Positions 9,512 through 19,176 of a DNA stretch of 64,000 bases are shown one piece after another. The notes beneath the pieces were generated by a model. The model was not told the DNA's origin. It saw only the letters and a list, made by a program, of their open reading frames with translations, and made no database searches. This DNA is from an uncultured Pelagibacteraceae bacterium. Lineage in GTDB: Bacteria > Pseudomonadota > Alphaproteobacteria > Pelagibacterales > Pelagibacteraceae. The position numbers and the translations under genes are program-made. How positions within the stretch are numbered: position 1 is the stretch's first letter; each line of letters starts with the position of its first letter. Location: the NCBI GenBank assembly GCA_902581585.1, contig CACHPB010000002.1, forward strand, positions 64,709-128,708, in the 5' to 3' direction.

Positions 9512-10365
9512 TATATAGCTCCTTTTTTCTCAGTTGGTTCTAAAGCGTCATAATTCCAAAGTTTTTTACCCGCAACGACCTTAGTCATCTTAGAAACATC
9601 AAAATCCTCGCCAATTTCAGCTACTTTAAGTTTTCTTTTCAACCAATCTATATCACTTTTTGTCATAGGTGACTCAATCGCATCACTTCCATATGATCCA
9701 ATTTTCCCCCCAACATAGATTGTTCCATCATACATAGAGTCTCCAAGGTTTATACCTACATTACCTAAAACCACTATTCTTCCTCTTTGCATCATAAATC
9801 CAGTAAAAGCGCCAGCATCACCACCAATTATTATTGTGCCACCTTTTTGGTCAATACCTGTTCTTGCACCAACACTTCCTTTGCAAATTAAATCTCCACC
9901 TCTTACTGCTGCCCCAAAACACGATCCTGCATTTTTTTCTATTACAACTTTTCCAGCCATCATATTTTCTGCACACGACCATCCAACTCTTCCATTAACT
10001 CTTACCGTAGGACCATCTATAGAACCAACTCCAAAATAACCCAAACTTCCTTCAAAAATTAAGTTTAATTTATTTAAAATTCCAACACCTAGACTATGTT
10101 TTCCTTGAGGATTTTTTATTACAATTGTTCCATAACCCTGACTCATCAATTCATCAATTTTTTTATTTGCTTCTTTGCAATCCATATCATTTACATCAAG
10201 CTCAGTTCTTTTATTAAAATCTACATCGTATGTTCCCCAATAATAAAAGTTTTCTGCTTCATCTGGATTGAAAAACTTTTGTTGTGTTTTTCCTGTAAGA
10301 ACTTCAGTATGAAGTCCCATTGATTGAGCTTTTGTTTTTTTCTCAGTTGTTTTTAAATTTGCCAT
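9511..10365 (-). CDS. mgsB: GXGXG-domain subunit (MgsB / GlxC)
   Basis: Repeated GxGxG beta-helix motifs (GSLGYFG, GRVGWSCAENM, GARTGI..KGG). Confidence 0.85.
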   Translation of the reverse strand: MANLKTTEKKTKAQSMGLHTEVLTGKTQQKFFNPDEAENFYYWGTYDVDFNKRTELDVNDMDCKEANKKIDELMSQGYGTIVIKNPQGKHSLGVGILNKLNLIFEGSLGYFGVGSIDGPTVRVNGRVGWSCAENMMAGKVVIEKNAGSCFGAAVRGGDLICKGSVGARTGIDQKGGTIIIGGDAGAFTGFMMQRGRIVVLGNVGINLGDSMYDGTIYVGGKIGSYGSDAIESPMTKSDIDWLKRKLKVAEIGEDFDVSKMTKVVAGKKLWNYDALEPTEKKGAI

Positions 10366-11297
10366 ACCTTAACCTCTCCATCAAATGGATCATAAGTATC
10401 TATTTCTTGAGGAAGAACAGATCTGATTGCTATTTCTTCTGATCCCATTGCAACTAAATCATCTGACTCATATAAAACTAATGGTTTTGCTGCCATAGTG
10501 TCTTTAGCCATCCCAAGTGAATTTTTTGTTGCAACAAAGTAAGTGAACACTCCGTCAAGTCCAGATAAACTATCTTTCATACCCTCTTCAAGTGTAGCTC
10601 CATTTCTCATTTTTTCTGCTAAGTATACTGCAATCAATTCAGAGTCACACTCCGACATAAATCTCATTCCTTTATTTTCTAAAATTCTTCTATTATTCCA
10701 ATAGTTAGTTAATTGACCATTATGCACAACTGAAACATCGCTAAAAGGGTAGCCCCAAAATGGGTGAGCAGATTTAATGTCTACACCAGACTCTGTTGCC
10801 ATTCTAGCATGCCCAATAGCGTGAGTGCCGACAAGATCCCCTAAATTGTATCTATCACAAACAGCTTTTGCGTTACCTAAATCTTTAATAACTTCTAGGG
10901 ATTTTCCCATTGAAAGGATTTCAACTCCAGGAATACTTTCTATTTTCTGAGAAAATTCAAGCAAATCTCCTTTATCATAGTCAATTTCATATCTTAGTGA
11001 ATAGGGCAGTATTCTTTCTTCCTTAACAATCTTTGCTCCCATTTGAGAAAGATAACTATCAACAATTTTTTTTCTTTCATCATAAACTGATACATCTTCC
11101 ATTACTGATGAACTACCTTCACCAACATTTTCACCAACCTTAAATCGCATAATAAAGTTTTGACCATCTGTATCTCCATAAAGAGCATAACCAGTAGAAT
11201 CTTCACCTCTATGCTTTAATGCTTGAAGCATTCCTTGAAGTTCTTGACCAACGTTTGAAGATTTTCCTCTATGAATTAGTCCAGCAATTCCGCACAT
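10353..11297 (-). CDS. mgsA: Class II glutamine amidotransferase subunit (MgsA / GlxB)
   Basis: N-terminal MCGIAG nucleophile, HRG.DS.G, GHARMATES, AHPF, VHNG, DSE. Confidence 0.85.
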   Translation of the reverse strand: MCGIAGLIHRGKSSNVGQELQGMLQALKHRGEDSTGYALYGDTDGQNFIMRFKVGENVGEGSSSVMEDVSVYDERKKIVDSYLSQMGAKIVKEERILPYSLRYEIDYDKGDLLEFSQKIESIPGVEILSMGKSLEVIKDLGNAKAVCDRYNLGDLVGTHAIGHARMATESGVDIKSAHPFWGYPFSDVSVVHNGQLTNYWNNRRILENKGMRFMSECDSELIAVYLAEKMRNGATLEEGMKDSLSGLDGVFTYFVATKNSLGMAKDTMAAKPLVLYESDDLVAMGSEEIAIRSVLPQEIDTYDPFDGEVKVWQI

Positions 11298-11321
11298 TCT
11301 TTTCTCTCCTATAATTTTTCT

Positions 11322-12791
11322 TTATGGTAAACAATCCAGATAAGTATCAAGATCCCATTGAGTTGTTGCACCAAGAAATCTTTCCCACTCATCATTTTTA
11401 TACCAGTGAAAGACTTTATACATTTCATCTGGCATTGCAGATTTGATCACTTCATCCTCAGCAAGTCTATCAAGAGCTTCTCCTAGACTTAAAGGTAATT
11501 TTTTTACATCCTTACCAGCTTTTTGAGCTTCATAGATGTTTCTAGATTCTGGTTTTGCTGGTTTCATTTTTTTTGTAATACCTTCATCACATGCTTTGAG
11601 TAAAGCCGCACCAAGCAAATAAGGATTATGCATTGAGTCAACTGATCTATATTCAAATCTTCCTGGAGCAGAAACTCTTAACCCACATGTTCTATTTTGA
11701 TATCCCCAGTCTGCATAAACTGGAGCCCAAAATCCTTGATCCCATAATCTTCTGTAAGAATTTACAGTTGATGATCCAAGAGCTGTTAAAGCAGGCAAGT
11801 GTTTCATAATACCAGCAATTGATTGTAGACCAATTTTTCCTGGCAACTGCATATCTTTTGTATCAGGCATAAATGTATTAGTTCCACCTGAAACATAACT
11901 GAAGACTTCCTCAACACCTGGAAGCTTTTTGTTTCCTAACTTGTTAACTGAAACTTTTCCACCTTTCCATAAAGACATGTTTGTATGGCAACCGCTAGCA
12001 GATACACCCATAAATGGTTTTGTCATAAAACAAGCTATTAGATTGTGCTCTCTAGCAACTTGAGCACATATTTGTCTATATGTTGATAATCTATCAGCGT
12101 TTCTCAAGACATTATCGTATGTCCAATTAAGCTCTAATTGTCCTGGAGCATCCTCATGATCTCCTTGTATCATGTCTAGACCCATTGCCTTTGAATATTC
12201 AATTACTTTCATAAATACAGGTCTTAATGATTCAAATTGATCTATATGATAACAAAATGGTTTTGAAAAACCTTTTCCCGTTGGTGTGCCATCTTCATTT
12301 TTGGTTAACCACATCATTTCAGGCTCTGTTCCAACTCTTAATTCTAAACCATGCTTCTTTTTAAATTCGTCCATGAAAATTCTTAAATTTCCTCTGCAAT
12401 CAGAAGTTAAATGACCTCCTGGATTTTTTCTCTCTTCTCTATTTCTAAAACATGTAACAAATACTCTTCCAACTCTTTTATCCCAAGGTAATTGAACAAA
12501 TGTTTCTGGATCTGGAATTCCAACTAGTTCCATTGCTTCAGGTCCATAACCAATGTAATTGTTGTGCCTGTCTAAAAATAAATTTGCTGTTGCTCCATAA
12601 ACTAATTGAAAGCCTTTTTCTGCGGTTCTTTCCCAGTGATCAGCGGGTATCCCTTTTCCTACAACTCTACCTGTTACTGAAATAAATTGATAATAAATAT
12701 AAGTTATTCCTAATTCATTAATTTTTTCTCTAACTTTTTTTACTAACTTTGCTCTGCCTGGTTGATTTACATGTTTTTCTAGATCAGTCAT
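11322..12791 (-). CDS. Second glutamine-synthetase-like gamma-glutamyl ligase
   Basis: GTEPE, DHEDAPGQLE, SGCH, NSYRRL, NRT..LRV, RFEYR. Clearly divergent from the gmaS at 4382. Confidence 0.85.
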   Translation of the reverse strand: MTDLEKHVNQPGRAKLVKKVREKINELGITYIYYQFISVTGRVVGKGIPADHWERTAEKGFQLVYGATANLFLDRHNNYIGYGPEAMELVGIPDPETFVQLPWDKRVGRVFVTCFRNREERKNPGGHLTSDCRGNLRIFMDEFKKKHGLELRVGTEPEMMWLTKNEDGTPTGKGFSKPFCYHIDQFESLRPVFMKVIEYSKAMGLDMIQGDHEDAPGQLELNWTYDNVLRNADRLSTYRQICAQVAREHNLIACFMTKPFMGVSASGCHTNMSLWKGGKVSVNKLGNKKLPGVEEVFSYVSGGTNTFMPDTKDMQLPGKIGLQSIAGIMKHLPALTALGSSTVNSYRRLWDQGFWAPVYADWGYQNRTCGLRVSAPGRFEYRSVDSMHNPYLLGAALLKACDEGITKKMKPAKPESRNIYEAQKAGKDVKKLPLSLGEALDRLAEDEVIKSAMPDEMYKVFHWYKNDEWERFLGATTQWDLDTYLDCLP

Positions 12792-12818
12792 ATTCCCCCT
12801 AAGAATTTTTAGTACAAA

Positions 12819-12847
12819 AAGTTAACTGAAAATAAAACATCTGTCTA
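12819..12847 (-). promoter_or_regulatory. Possible sigma70 promoter for the GS-like/mgs genes
   Basis: TAGACA-17 nt-TAACTT on the minus strand, upstream of RBS agggggaa. Confidence 0.35.
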
Positions 12848-12857
12848 CTCAGATAAA

Positions 12858-14183
12858 TTAACTCCATGGAAACGGACTATTAGACGTTGGATGAAGTTCT
12901 CCTTTCGCGTATCGATTGAATCTAAAAGGTTTCAATAATTCGCTCTCTTTCCCTAAAACTTCCTGCGCAACTAAATGACCAACACCTAACATTTTATATC
13001 CATGATTGGCATCAGCAATCATGTAAACATTTTCAAAAAATCTGTCAAAAATTGGAAATGAGTCAGGAGTTAAACATCCAAGGCCACCAGATGGTCCTTT
13101 TCTATACAGGTTTGATTTTCCAACAAATCTTTTTTGAATATGTGCTAATGCTGCTGTCCACATATCTGAAAACTTATCTGTTGTTTGAAATTCAGGTGAC
13201 TCAATTCCATAAGGATCAACATTAACTTGATCAAAATGTTTTTGTACTACATAAGGTGACGTACCTCCTTGCACACCCAATCCCTCTATATCAGGTTTGT
13301 AGTATATTCCCCAAAGTTCATCAGTTATTAACTTTCCATTCATATCTGAATAAAGAGGTGCATCTGTATCCACATGAATTACTGGAGGGGGTTTACCATC
13401 GTTTGTTTTTAAATAATCGGCATCAACACCTAAAACTCCTTCTTGTAAAAACCAGTACTTCCACATATCCACTTCATGCATCTTTCCATCTTTACCTTTT
13501 ATTTCGGTAGTCTTTGGTAGTTCTAACATATTCCAAAAGTCTCTTACCCAGGGACCCGCACCTATTACTACTTGATCGCAATCTATTGTACCTTGGTCTG
13601 TTACAACACCCGTAATTGCATTACTGTTACTACCTCTTTTAAAACCAGTAACTTTTACACCTTTATGTACATTGACACCGTTTGAATTTGCTTTTTTCTC
13701 AAGAGCTTTAATTGAGTCTTTATTGAAAGCATAACCACCTTTTTTTTCATGCAATACAGAAGTAATACCTTTTGCTTGCCAATCATCAAAAATACCTTTC
13801 ATGTATTTCATGCAATCTTTTTCACCTTCAACGAATACAGATTCATAACCTATTGCTTTTTGTTGTTCATAAATACTAGCTACATCTTTATGCATAACTT
13901 CTGGTGAAATCTGCATGTAACCAACTGGATTATATTTAAAAGCTTTCGCATCACTTTCCCATATACTCACAGAATGGGCCATCAATTCTCTCATTGCAGG
14001 TTGGAAGTAATTATTTCTCACAACACCACAAGCAATTCCACTTGCTCCAGAAGCAGTATCTTTTTTCTCGAGCACAACAACGTCGTTAGGATTTTTATAT
14101 GTTTCAGATAATTTCCAAGCAGTACTTAGTCCGTGAATTCCTCCACCAACTATTACTACTTTAGCTTTTGTCGGCAATGACAT
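12858..14183 (-). CDS. FAD-dependent oxidoreductase, DAO/sarcosine-oxidase family
   Basis: VIVGGGIHG Rossmann motif, GASGIACGVVR, IGAGPW, TPDSFPI, HGYK. No folate-binding domain. Confidence 0.85.
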   Translation of the reverse strand: MSLPTKAKVVIVGGGIHGLSTAWKLSETYKNPNDVVVLEKKDTASGASGIACGVVRNNYFQPAMRELMAHSVSIWESDAKAFKYNPVGYMQISPEVMHKDVASIYEQQKAIGYESVFVEGEKDCMKYMKGIFDDWQAKGITSVLHEKKGGYAFNKDSIKALEKKANSNGVNVHKGVKVTGFKRGSNSNAITGVVTDQGTIDCDQVVIGAGPWVRDFWNMLELPKTTEIKGKDGKMHEVDMWKYWFLQEGVLGVDADYLKTNDGKPPPVIHVDTDAPLYSDMNGKLITDELWGIYYKPDIEGLGVQGGTSPYVVQKHFDQVNVDPYGIESPEFQTTDKFSDMWTAALAHIQKRFVGKSNLYRKGPSGGLGCLTPDSFPIFDRFFENVYMIADANHGYKMLGVGHLVAQEVLGKESELLKPFRFNRYAKGELHPTSNSPFPWS

Positions 14184-14213
14184 GATGAAACATTATTTTT
14201 TGGAAGAGGTTAA

Positions 14214-14275
14214 ATATATAATTTTTTTTATATATAAAATTTAGAAATAAAAAGTTATACAACCTTAAAGTTATA
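14214..14275 (-). promoter_or_regulatory. Candidate operator region upstream of the FAD oxidoreductase
   Basis: Inverted repeat ATATATAA-N6-TTATATAT, and direct repeat AAAGTTATA at 14251 and 14267. Confidence 0.45.
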
Positions 14276-14280
14276 AACCA

Positions 14281-14631
14281 TTAAAAACTTAAATTCTTAA
14301 GAGTTGACAAATAATCGTTAAATTCCTCAATAAATGAGGTGCTTGGTTTAATATATTTTTTTCTTTGATCTTCTGAGGTTTTCTCTAAATAAAAAAATCC
14401 TTTTTCACATGCCTCATTAATAATTAAGGCAGATTTTGGTCGTGAAGTTTTAAATAATTTTGTTTTTAATTCTTCTACAGATAGATTTTGCTTTAATTTA
14501 AATGCGGACATTACAAGAAGCATCATATGATAGTGTGAAGGTGATTTTCTAAAAAAGTAGTTACTAGAAGTATGAGAAAGCTTCATTTGATCTTCCCAAA
14601 ATTCTAATAGATCTTTTGTTGATTTAGGCAT
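14281..14631 (-). CDS. MarR-like winged-helix regulator
   Basis: 116 aa with SRPKSALIINEACEKGFF helix and DQRKKYI wing (D.R motif). Coupled to tdm. Confidence 0.65.
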   Translation of the reverse strand: MPKSTKDLLEFWEDQMKLSHTSSNYFFRKSPSHYHMMLLVMSAFKLKQNLSVEELKTKLFKTSRPKSALIINEACEKGFFYLEKTSEDQRKKYIKPSTSFIEEFNDYLSTLKNLSF

Positions 14632-16970
14632 TATGATCTAACTTTTGTTTTCTTAGGATCGTAATGAGGAAATCCTACAATTTTAGCTGGAATTCTTTTT
14701 TGGTGACCATCTATTTTTCCAATTTCAACTTCATTTCCTATTTCTGAATGACCTACATCTATTCTGCATAAGGCAATATTTTTATTTAGTGTTGGTGAAA
14801 TGCACCCACTTGTAATTACTCCAACTTGAGATCTTCCAATATGTACACAGTCTCCATGGTTTGCTTGTTCTTTACCAATCAATTCTAACCCAACTAATTT
14901 TTTTTGAGGGTTTTCTTTTCTTTTAATTAGGTTTTCTCTTCCTATAAAATCTTCCGTTTTAGATTTTAATGGTACAGAAAAACCGATCCCTGCTTCAAAG
15001 GGATCTTGTTGTCCATCAAATTCATTACCAAATAATATTAAACCAGCTTCAATTCTTAAAAGGTCTAAAGCAGCAAAACCAGCAGGTATCAAACCTTCGT
15101 CTTTACCTGCTTCCAATACTTTATCCCAAACAGTTGGTGCATCGCTTGGATGGCACCAGATTTCAAAACCAAGCTCACCAGTATAACCAGTCCGTGAAAC
15201 AATTAATGGTATTCCATTTAATTCTTCTAATCTACAAATACTAAATCTAAACCATTCCAATTCAGATATAGAGGGCTGTGTAGGAGGTGTAAAAATTATT
15301 TTTTCTAAAATTTCTCTACTTTTTGGTCCTTGCAAAGATAGGTTATTTATTTGGTCTGTAGAATTTTTTATATGAACTTTATAATTTTTCTTTTTTGCTT
15401 GTTCTTTAAGCCATTCCCCACCATACTCATCTCCACAAACCCATCTAAAACCATGATCACTAAGTTTTAATAAAGTGCCATCATCAAACATGGTCCCATT
15501 TTCATAGCACATTGCTGAATAAACAATTTGGCCTACTGAAAGTTTTTTAATATTTCGAGTTAAAGTGTAATTCATTAATTCTTCAGCATCAGGACCAAGA
15601 ATTTCAAACTTTCTTAAAGAAGATAAATCAATTAGAACAGCTTTCTCTCTACAAGCATTATATTCGTTAATAACTCCATGTTTTGTATAATCATTTGGTA
15701 ACCAAAAACCCCTAGCATCAACAAAGTTTCTAGTTAGTTTAGAAGTTCTTTCGTAAAACCCTGTGTTCCTTGTAAGTTTATTTTCTGAGTCAGTTTTCAT
15801 TCTAAATCCATAAGATTTTGTAAATTCTTTACTTTTTTCATAAGTTCTAACAAAAATATCAGTAGGGTTCCATCCATTACAGCTATCAATATCACTAGGA
15901 CAAGCTGTTGTACCACAGGTTAAATCTTTAAGTGCTTTAAAAATTACATAATCACCTGGTCTTGCATATGACTCGTCAGAGGTTACTGAATTTAGACCTC
16001 CAGCAGATGTATTAAAAAAAAGATTTATTGCCTGCCAACCTTTTTTTTTCTCTACTCCATATTTTTCCATAGAGTCATTTAAATTATCAGAACAATTTGC
16101 ATGCCCAAAATATCCTGAGTCCTCATAGTATTTTGAAGTACAAGCTAAGTTGAATGTATCGTGTATACCAACAGTATCTCTTATCACTTCTATTAAAGGT
16201 TCATGATCAGTATCATAAAATTTTGAATATAAACCTGGACCAGGAAAAGTATGACCCATAAAAGTTCTAGTTGTTTGCCAATCAAGACCTTTCTCCAAAC
16301 CTTTTTCTAATTTAGCTGTATCATAAGCAACAAAGTCCGAACACTGTCTTCCTGTTGGTGTTATAATTTGAATGTAATCACCAGCTTTGACTTGATAGCC
16401 AGTTGCAGTTTTTCTTTCAATATTTACTTCATGATCTGGATCATAAATTGGATCTGGTATTAATGAAAATTCTTTATCATTATTTTTAATTTTAGCTCTT
16501 TTTATTATTATTGTTAAATCTGATGGTGGATTTTGATCATGAACAAGCATGTCATCTGCAGGTGCTGCAAATATGCAATAACATTTATCTTTAGATTTTA
16601 AATTTATTTTTTCTCCAGCTTTAGTATTTTTATCAAATAATATTGCTGACTTAGCTTTTTCAATTTTTAAATTTCTTTTGTTTAGTTGAAGCAAAGCCTG
16701 CATAGAGCTTTCTTCTTTTTTAAAAAGTATTTTTTTTATTTCAGAAGAATTTTTATTTTCTTTTAAATTTAAAAGACCTAATTCTGAGTTTCCGTTTTTA
16801 TCGAAAGAATTGATTTCACAAATTTGATTTCCTTCATTATTAATTATTTGAATTTCGTCATCAGGAAAAATTTGAATTCCAGTAATTCCACCAGCATTGA
16901 CAATATATCTTTCAACTCCAGGTGGTAGTACATTTAACCCAGGTTCTTTTATTGCTAAACTAGTTTGCAT
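14631..16970 (-). CDS. tdm: TMAO demethylase (DUF1989 + GcvT folate-binding domains)
   Basis: GRQCSDF, HDTFNLAC, NCSDN, ACPSDID..NGWNPTDI, plus a C-terminal GcvT domain (SRTGYTGELGFEI, LRIEAG). Start set to the ATG at 16970. Confidence 0.88.
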   Translation of the reverse strand: MQTSLAIKEPGLNVLPPGVERYIVNAGGITGIQIFPDDEIQIINNEGNQICEINSFDKNGNSELGLLNLKENKNSSEIKKILFKKEESSMQALLQLNKRNLKIEKAKSAILFDKNTKAGEKINLKSKDKCYCIFAAPADDMLVHDQNPPSDLTIIIKRAKIKNNDKEFSLIPDPIYDPDHEVNIERKTATGYQVKAGDYIQIITPTGRQCSDFVAYDTAKLEKGLEKGLDWQTTRTFMGHTFPGPGLYSKFYDTDHEPLIEVIRDTVGIHDTFNLACTSKYYEDSGYFGHANCSDNLNDSMEKYGVEKKKGWQAINLFFNTSAGGLNSVTSDESYARPGDYVIFKALKDLTCGTTACPSDIDSCNGWNPTDIFVRTYEKSKEFTKSYGFRMKTDSENKLTRNTGFYERTSKLTRNFVDARGFWLPNDYTKHGVINEYNACREKAVLIDLSSLRKFEILGPDAEELMNYTLTRNIKKLSVGQIVYSAMCYENGTMFDDGTLLKLSDHGFRWVCGDEYGGEWLKEQAKKKNYKVHIKNSTDQINNLSLQGPKSREILEKIIFTPPTQPSISELEWFRFSICRLEELNGIPLIVSRTGYTGELGFEIWCHPSDAPTVWDKVLEAGKDEGLIPAGFAALDLLRIEAGLILFGNEFDGQQDPFEAGIGFSVPLKSKTEDFIGRENLIKRKENPQKKLVGLELIGKEQANHGDCVHIGRSQVGVITSGCISPTLNKNIALCRIDVGHSEIGNEVEIGKIDGHQKRIPAKIVGFPHYDPKKTKVRS

Positions 16971-17010
16971 ATATAATCTAAATATGCCTAATCTATTATA
17001 AAGTATCAAC

Positions 17011-17036
17011 AAATTTATATATAAATTTTATATATA
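17011..17036. promoter_or_regulatory. Palindromic operator candidate between divergent tdm and tmoX
   Basis: AAATTTATATATAAATTT palindrome overlapping TATATATAA-ATT-TTATATATA. Confidence 0.5.
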
Positions 17037-17057
17037 CATTTGTATCTATTTTGCTTA

Positions 17058-17086
17058 TTGACTGTCACTTTAATAGAGAAGATAAT
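17058..17086 (+). promoter_or_regulatory. sigma70-type promoter of tmoX
   Basis: TTGACT-17 nt-GATAAT, followed by RBS aaagggga and ATG at 17117. Confidence 0.6.
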
Positions 17087-17116
17087 TTACCCCTTAATAT
17101 TAAGAAAGGGGAAATA

Positions 17117-18070
17117 ATGAAAAAACTTTTATCAATTTTTTCTGCTTTTCTAATCACATTTGCTTTTAGTTTTACAACTGCAAATGCTGATAAAAGTGGA
17201 GTTGTTAAAATCCCAACACATAACTGGTCTAGTCAATTAGTTGGAGCTGAAGTTGTAGGTGAGCTTTTAAAAATGGTTGGAGAGAAAGTTGAATATATCA
17301 ACATGGACTCTCAAGCAGTTTACCAAGCAATGGCTGATGGTGATATAGATCTAGTTCATGAAATTTGGGAAGGTGCTTTTGGTGCTTCTTATGAAAAAGC
17401 TAAAGCTGGTGGAGGAATTGAGGAAATTCTTACTCATGACGCTGTAACAAGAGAAGACTGGTGGTATCCAAATCATGTTGAAAAACTTTGCCCAGGCTTA
17501 CCTGATTGGAAAGCTTTAGATAAATGCAGCGAAAAATTTGCTAGAGCAGACTCTGGTGGAAAAGGTGTATTTATAGGTGGACCAGTAGACTGGTTAAAAC
17601 ATGATGCTGAAAAAGTAGAGGCGTTAGGAATGAACTTTATGGTTAAGAATGCTGGTTCTGCTGATGCAATATGGGCCGAATTAGACGCAGGTGTTGCTAA
17701 GGGTGAAGCTGTTGTTGTTTTTAACTGGTCACCAAATTTTATAGGTGCAAAATATCCAGGTAAATTTGTTGAGTTTCCAAAGCATGACCCTGCTTGTACA
17801 AAGGATCCAGCTTGGGGAATTAACAAAACAGCATTATATGATTGTGGTAACCCTGCGAGTGGTTACTTAAAATTAGCAGTAAACGCTGATTTTAAAAATA
17901 ATCATCCAAATGGATATAAATTAATGAAGCAGATGAATTTTTCTGGTCCAGACATCGACAAGATGGCAAATTATAAAGACACAGATGGTCTTGAAGTTTC
18001 AGCTGCAGCACAAAAATGGTTAGATGATCATAAGTCTAAGTGGGAACCTTGGGTTGCTTCATCTAAATAA
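17117..18070 (+). CDS. tmoX: OpuAC-family substrate-binding protein, TMAO-binding TmoX-like
   Basis: Signal peptide, HNWSSQ, HEIWEG, REDWWYP, FNWSPNF. Divergent from tdm. Confidence 0.8.
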   Translation: MKKLLSIFSAFLITFAFSFTTANADKSGVVKIPTHNWSSQLVGAEVVGELLKMVGEKVEYINMDSQAVYQAMADGDIDLVHEIWEGAFGASYEKAKAGGGIEEILTHDAVTREDWWYPNHVEKLCPGLPDWKALDKCSEKFARADSGGKGVFIGGPVDWLKHDAEKVEALGMNFMVKNAGSADAIWAELDAGVAKGEAVVVFNWSPNFIGAKYPGKFVEFPKHDPACTKDPAWGINKTALYDCGNPASGYLKLAVNADFKNNHPNGYKLMKQMNFSGPDIDKMANYKDTDGLEVSAAAQKWLDDHKSKWEPWVASSK

Positions 18071-18088
18071 TTTTTAAAAAAGATAATT

Positions 18089-18126
18089 AAACGAACCGAT
18101 TTTTTTTAGTCGGTTCGTTTTTTTTT
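18089..18126 (+). terminator. Hairpin plus U tract after tmoX
   Basis: aaacgaaccga...tcggttcgttt followed by a T run. Confidence 0.75.
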
Positions 18127-18150
18127 AATTTGTGATAAATTAAAATAAAT

Positions 18151-19170
18151 ATGAAAAATGAAATTAAAATATCCTGTAAAAATATTTGGAAATTATACGG
18201 AGAAAATCCCCAAAGGTTTTTAAAAACTAAAAATAATAATCCATCAACAGATGATTTAAAAAATAATAATTATATTCCTGCAGTTAGAGATGCGTCTATA
18301 GATGTTCTCACAGGAGAAATATTAGTAATCATGGGGTTAAGTGGATCAGGTAAATCTACTTTGCTTAGATGTATGTCAAAGTTAATTGAACCAACAAATG
18401 GACAGGTTTTTTTTGAGGGTAACGATTTATTAAAAACTTCAGAAAAAGAGCTAATAGATATAAGACGTCATAAGATGGGAATGGTATTTCAACATTTTGC
18501 TCTACTTCCTCATAGGAATGTACTACAAAATGTTGCTTTTCCTTTGGAAGTTCAAGGTCAAGATATTTCAAAAAGAGAGGAAAGGGCTAAAGAAGTAATT
18601 AAACTTGTTGGTCTTGAAGGTAGAGAAAAATATTATCCAAGAGAATTATCGGGTGGACAACAACAGAGAGTAGGACTTGCAAGATCTTTAGCAGTTGAAC
18701 CAGATGTATGGTTTTTAGATGAACCCTTTTCAGCATTAGATCCTCTTATAAGAAAAGAAATGCAAAATGAGTTTTTAAGACTCCAAAGTATGTTAAAAAA
18801 AACAATTGTTTTTATTACACATGATTTTGATGAGGCAATTAGGTTAGCAGATCGAATAGCAATTATGTATGAAGGGTTAATTGTGCAAGTAGGCACCGCA
18901 GAAGAGTTAATAACAAAACCCGCCACAGACTATGTTGCTGAATTTACAAAAGATATTCCAAGATCTAAACTACTTCAAGCATCAAGCATTATGAATATAA
19001 AAAAAATAGATAACCCAGAAGGCACAGTTAAACATAACGAGAAAATAGAAAAAATTGCCTCAAAAATTCTTAAATCAGAGAAAGAATTTACAGTTTTAGA
19101 TGAAAAGGACCAGGCTATTGGAACAATAAGTAAAAAAGAAATAATAAAAGCCCTATTTTCGGAGAATTAA
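18151..19170 (+). CDS. tmoW: ProV-like ABC ATPase
   Basis: GLSGSGKS, LSGGQQQRV, DEPFSALDPLIR, FITHD. Confidence 0.85.
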   Translation: MKNEIKISCKNIWKLYGENPQRFLKTKNNNPSTDDLKNNNYIPAVRDASIDVLTGEILVIMGLSGSGKSTLLRCMSKLIEPTNGQVFFEGNDLLKTSEKELIDIRRHKMGMVFQHFALLPHRNVLQNVAFPLEVQGQDISKREERAKEVIKLVGLEGREKYYPRELSGGQQQRVGLARSLAVEPDVWFLDEPFSALDPLIRKEMQNEFLRLQSMLKKTIVFITHDFDEAIRLADRIAIMYEGLIVQVGTAEELITKPATDYVAEFTKDIPRSKLLQASSIMNIKKIDNPEGTVKHNEKIEKIASKILKSEKEFTVLDEKDQAIGTISKKEIIKALFSEN

Positions 19171-19176
19171 AAAATA

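Noticed and set aside
8117-12791. Ordinary GS/GOGAT ammonia assimilation
   Set aside because: The split three-gene synthase, the lack of gltD and the tdm/gmaS context fit N-methylglutamate synthase better.
16971-17116. Longer ORF-track starts for tdm (17012) and tmoX (17051), and similarly for purE, the GNAT, the SET gene and 60176/60685
   Set aside because: The extensions run through promoter DNA or neighbouring genes. Downstream ATGs fit RBS, signal peptide or coupling better.
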